This document shows, piece by piece, positions 30,406 through 32,000 of a stretch of DNA of 32,000 nt. Every line of letters begins with the position of its first letter. Within the stretch, counting starts at the first letter, position 1. Below the pieces are notes generated by a model that was given only the letters and a program-made list of their open reading frames with translations, did not search any database and had not been told where the DNA came from. The position numbers and the translations under genes are program-made. Source of the stretch: Desulfobulbus propionicus DSM 2032 (GTDB lineage: Bacteria > Desulfobacterota > Desulfobulbia > Desulfobulbales > Desulfobulbaceae); NCBI RefSeq assembly GCF_000186885.1, contig NC_014972.1, positions 2,160,001-2,192,000 on the forward strand. The letters are read 5' to 3'.

Positions 30406-30481
30406 GTATAGGGGGATCCCGGAGGGCCGCTGGGCGGCAACCGGGCAATAAAAACGCTTCATAGACAGGAAGAGGTACACA

Positions 30482-31498
30482 TTGGAAACTAACGCGAAAA
30501 TGTTCTGGACAGGTTTATCACCCGATGAAGCAAGGGAAGCACTTGTCAACAAAGACAAGTCCAAAAAAGACAAACGAATGACGCTGAAGGAAGCGGTTTC
30601 CAAGTTTGTTAAGAATGGCGACAATGTCGGTATCGGCGGATTCGTCAATCTCCGTCAGCCCGTAGCCATCTGTCATGAAATGGTTCGGCAAGGCTTCAAG
30701 GACCTGACTCTCTCCTGGCAATCCGCAGGCATGGCAGCTGAAATTCTCGGCGCCGCGATGATCGCCCGGCCGGATCATTTTTCTATCAAGCGGATCGAGC
30801 TGGCTTATTGGGGACATGAGTCCTTTGGTCTGTCTCCCTCCTGGCGCTATCTCGCCGAACGCGGCCTGATCGAATTCGAGGACTGGAGCAACTACAACAT
30901 GTCTGCCCGGTTCAAAGCCGGTGCCATGGGCCTGCCTTTCCTGCCCACCCGCGGTCCCTTGGGCGGCGACATCAAAAACACCAGCCGCACCAAGATTATC
31001 GACTGCCCGTTCACGGGACGGCCGATTGCCCTTGTCCCGGCCTGCCATCCGAACGTGGCCATCATCCATGTCCAGGCAGCGGACATGTACGGTAACTGCA
31101 TCATTCGCGGCACCGACGCCACCTGCCCGGAAATCGCCATGGCCGCGAAACACTGCATCGTCACCTGCGAGCAGTTGGTTTCCCACGAACTGATCGTCAG
31201 CAATCCGAAGGACATCCTTATTCCCTTCCCGGCTGTCGACGCAGTCATTCATGTACCCTATGGTGCCTATCCGGGTGCCTGCCGCCGCCACTACTATTTC
31301 AACGGCGACCATATCCGTGATTTCCTCGGACGTATCATGCCGATGGTCAAAGGTGCTCCGGCCGATTCACTCAAGGCTTGGTTTGACGAGTATATCTTTG
31401 GGGTCGAAACCTTTGAGCAATATCTGGACAAATTTCCGCTCTCCAAGATCCTGGCGGACAAAGCGGCGGAAGCGGTCCATTGCGAGCGGTTGGCCTAA
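30482..31498 (+). CDS. gctA: CoA-transferase subunit alpha (glutaconate CoA-transferase-like)
   Basis: RMTLKEAVSKFVKNGDNVGIGGFVNLRQPVAICHEMVRQGFKDLTL..., VQAADMYGNCIIRG..., CIVTCEQLVSHELIV, VPYGAYPGACRRHYYFN. TTG start at 30482 preceded by AGGAAGAGG. Confidence 0.85.
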   Translation: METNAKMFWTGLSPDEAREALVNKDKSKKDKRMTLKEAVSKFVKNGDNVGIGGFVNLRQPVAICHEMVRQGFKDLTLSWQSAGMAAEILGAAMIARPDHFSIKRIELAYWGHESFGLSPSWRYLAERGLIEFEDWSNYNMSARFKAGAMGLPFLPTRGPLGGDIKNTSRTKIIDCPFTGRPIALVPACHPNVAIIHVQAADMYGNCIIRGTDATCPEIAMAAKHCIVTCEQLVSHELIVSNPKDILIPFPAVDAVIHVPYGAYPGACRRHYYFNGDHIRDFLGRIMPMVKGAPADSLKAWFDEYIFGVETFEQYLDKFPLSKILADKAAEAVHCERLA

Positions 31499-31557
31499 TC
31501 TCCAGCAGCCTGAGTCATTGAAACGGAACCTCTCGGAACACTAGACAAGGAGTCATC

Positions 31558-32000
31558 ATGACAGTTTCAACGGATTACACCGCCCAAGAAATCATCGTTG
31601 TGGCGGGGTCAAAGATATTGGAAGACAACAAGATCGTCTTTGTCGGGACGGGCCTTCCCATGGTTGCCTCGCTCTTGGCTATTCTTACCCATGCCCCCGG
31701 ATTGATCGTGGTCTTCGAGGCCGGTGCCATGGGTCCGCCCCTGACACATGGTCTGCCCATTTCGGTCGGCGATTCCAAGACCGGAACCGGCGCATCCTAT
31801 ATGAAGGGCCTGAACGCCGCCTTTGAATTGACCCAGCGCGGATACGCCGATTTCGGCTTCATCGGTGGCGCCGAGGTCGATATGTACGGCAACCTCAACT
31901 CCACCATGATGGGTGATTACCCCGCAAGTTATGCCAAGCCCAAAGTTCGTCTGCCGGGTAGCGGCGGCGCCAGCGACATGGCGGCCTCCTGCGAGCGAAC
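31558..32000 (+). CDS. gctB: CoA-transferase subunit beta (glutaconate CoA-transferase-like), truncated at window edge
   Basis: ATG 31558 after AAGGAG; reads MTVSTDYTAQEIIVVAGSKILEDNKIVFVGTGLPMVASLLAILTHAPGLIVVFEAGAMGPPLTHGLPISVGDSKTGTGASYM...GFIGGAEVDMYGNLNSTMMGDY. Absent from the ORF track because it runs off the end. Confidence 0.88.
   Translation, partial: MTVSTDYTAQEIIVVAGSKILEDNKIVFVGTGLPMVASLLAILTHAPGLIVVFEAGAMGPPLTHGLPISVGDSKTGTGASYMKGLNAAFELTQRGYADFGFIGGAEVDMYGNLNSTMMGDYPASYAKPKVRLPGSGGASDMAASCER

Overview
GC-rich bacterial chromosomal window, gene content suggesting an anaerobic deltaproteobacterium-like (Desulfobacterota-like) organism (inference). On the + strand: a secreted SH3-domain protein; a translationally coupled DUF5752 / TreT-like glycosyltransferase / OtsB / OtsA trehalose cluster; a self-loading lipid enzyme with order ACP - fatty-acyl-AMP-ligase-like - PlsC acyltransferase, followed by a long-chain acyl-CoA synthetase and a secreted uncharacterised protein with a possible papain-like Cys/His pair; a GltD/NfnB-like flavoprotein; and a glutaconate-type CoA-transferase pair whose beta subunit runs off the window. 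On the - strand: an encapsulin-cargo-like mini-ferritin, a serine beta-lactamase-like hydrolase, a CNNM/CorC protein, a CZB-type chemoreceptor, a Tat-exported [FeFe] hydrogenase + FeS + NrfD/HybB-like + HydG cluster, a flavoprotein / diheme cytochrome / PEP-synthase regulatory protein group, an FNR-like reductase and a PduO-type adenosyltransferase. No tRNA, rRNA, CRISPR array, transposase or phage gene was recognised. Best candidates for something new: the membrane-linked [FeFe] hydrogenase module (possible Tat lipoprotein with a His/Gly-rich insert beside the H-cluster), the ACP-FAAL-PlsC fusion, the secreted Cys/His protein family, and a structured leader or sRNA with a strong terminator upstream of the CoA-transferase.
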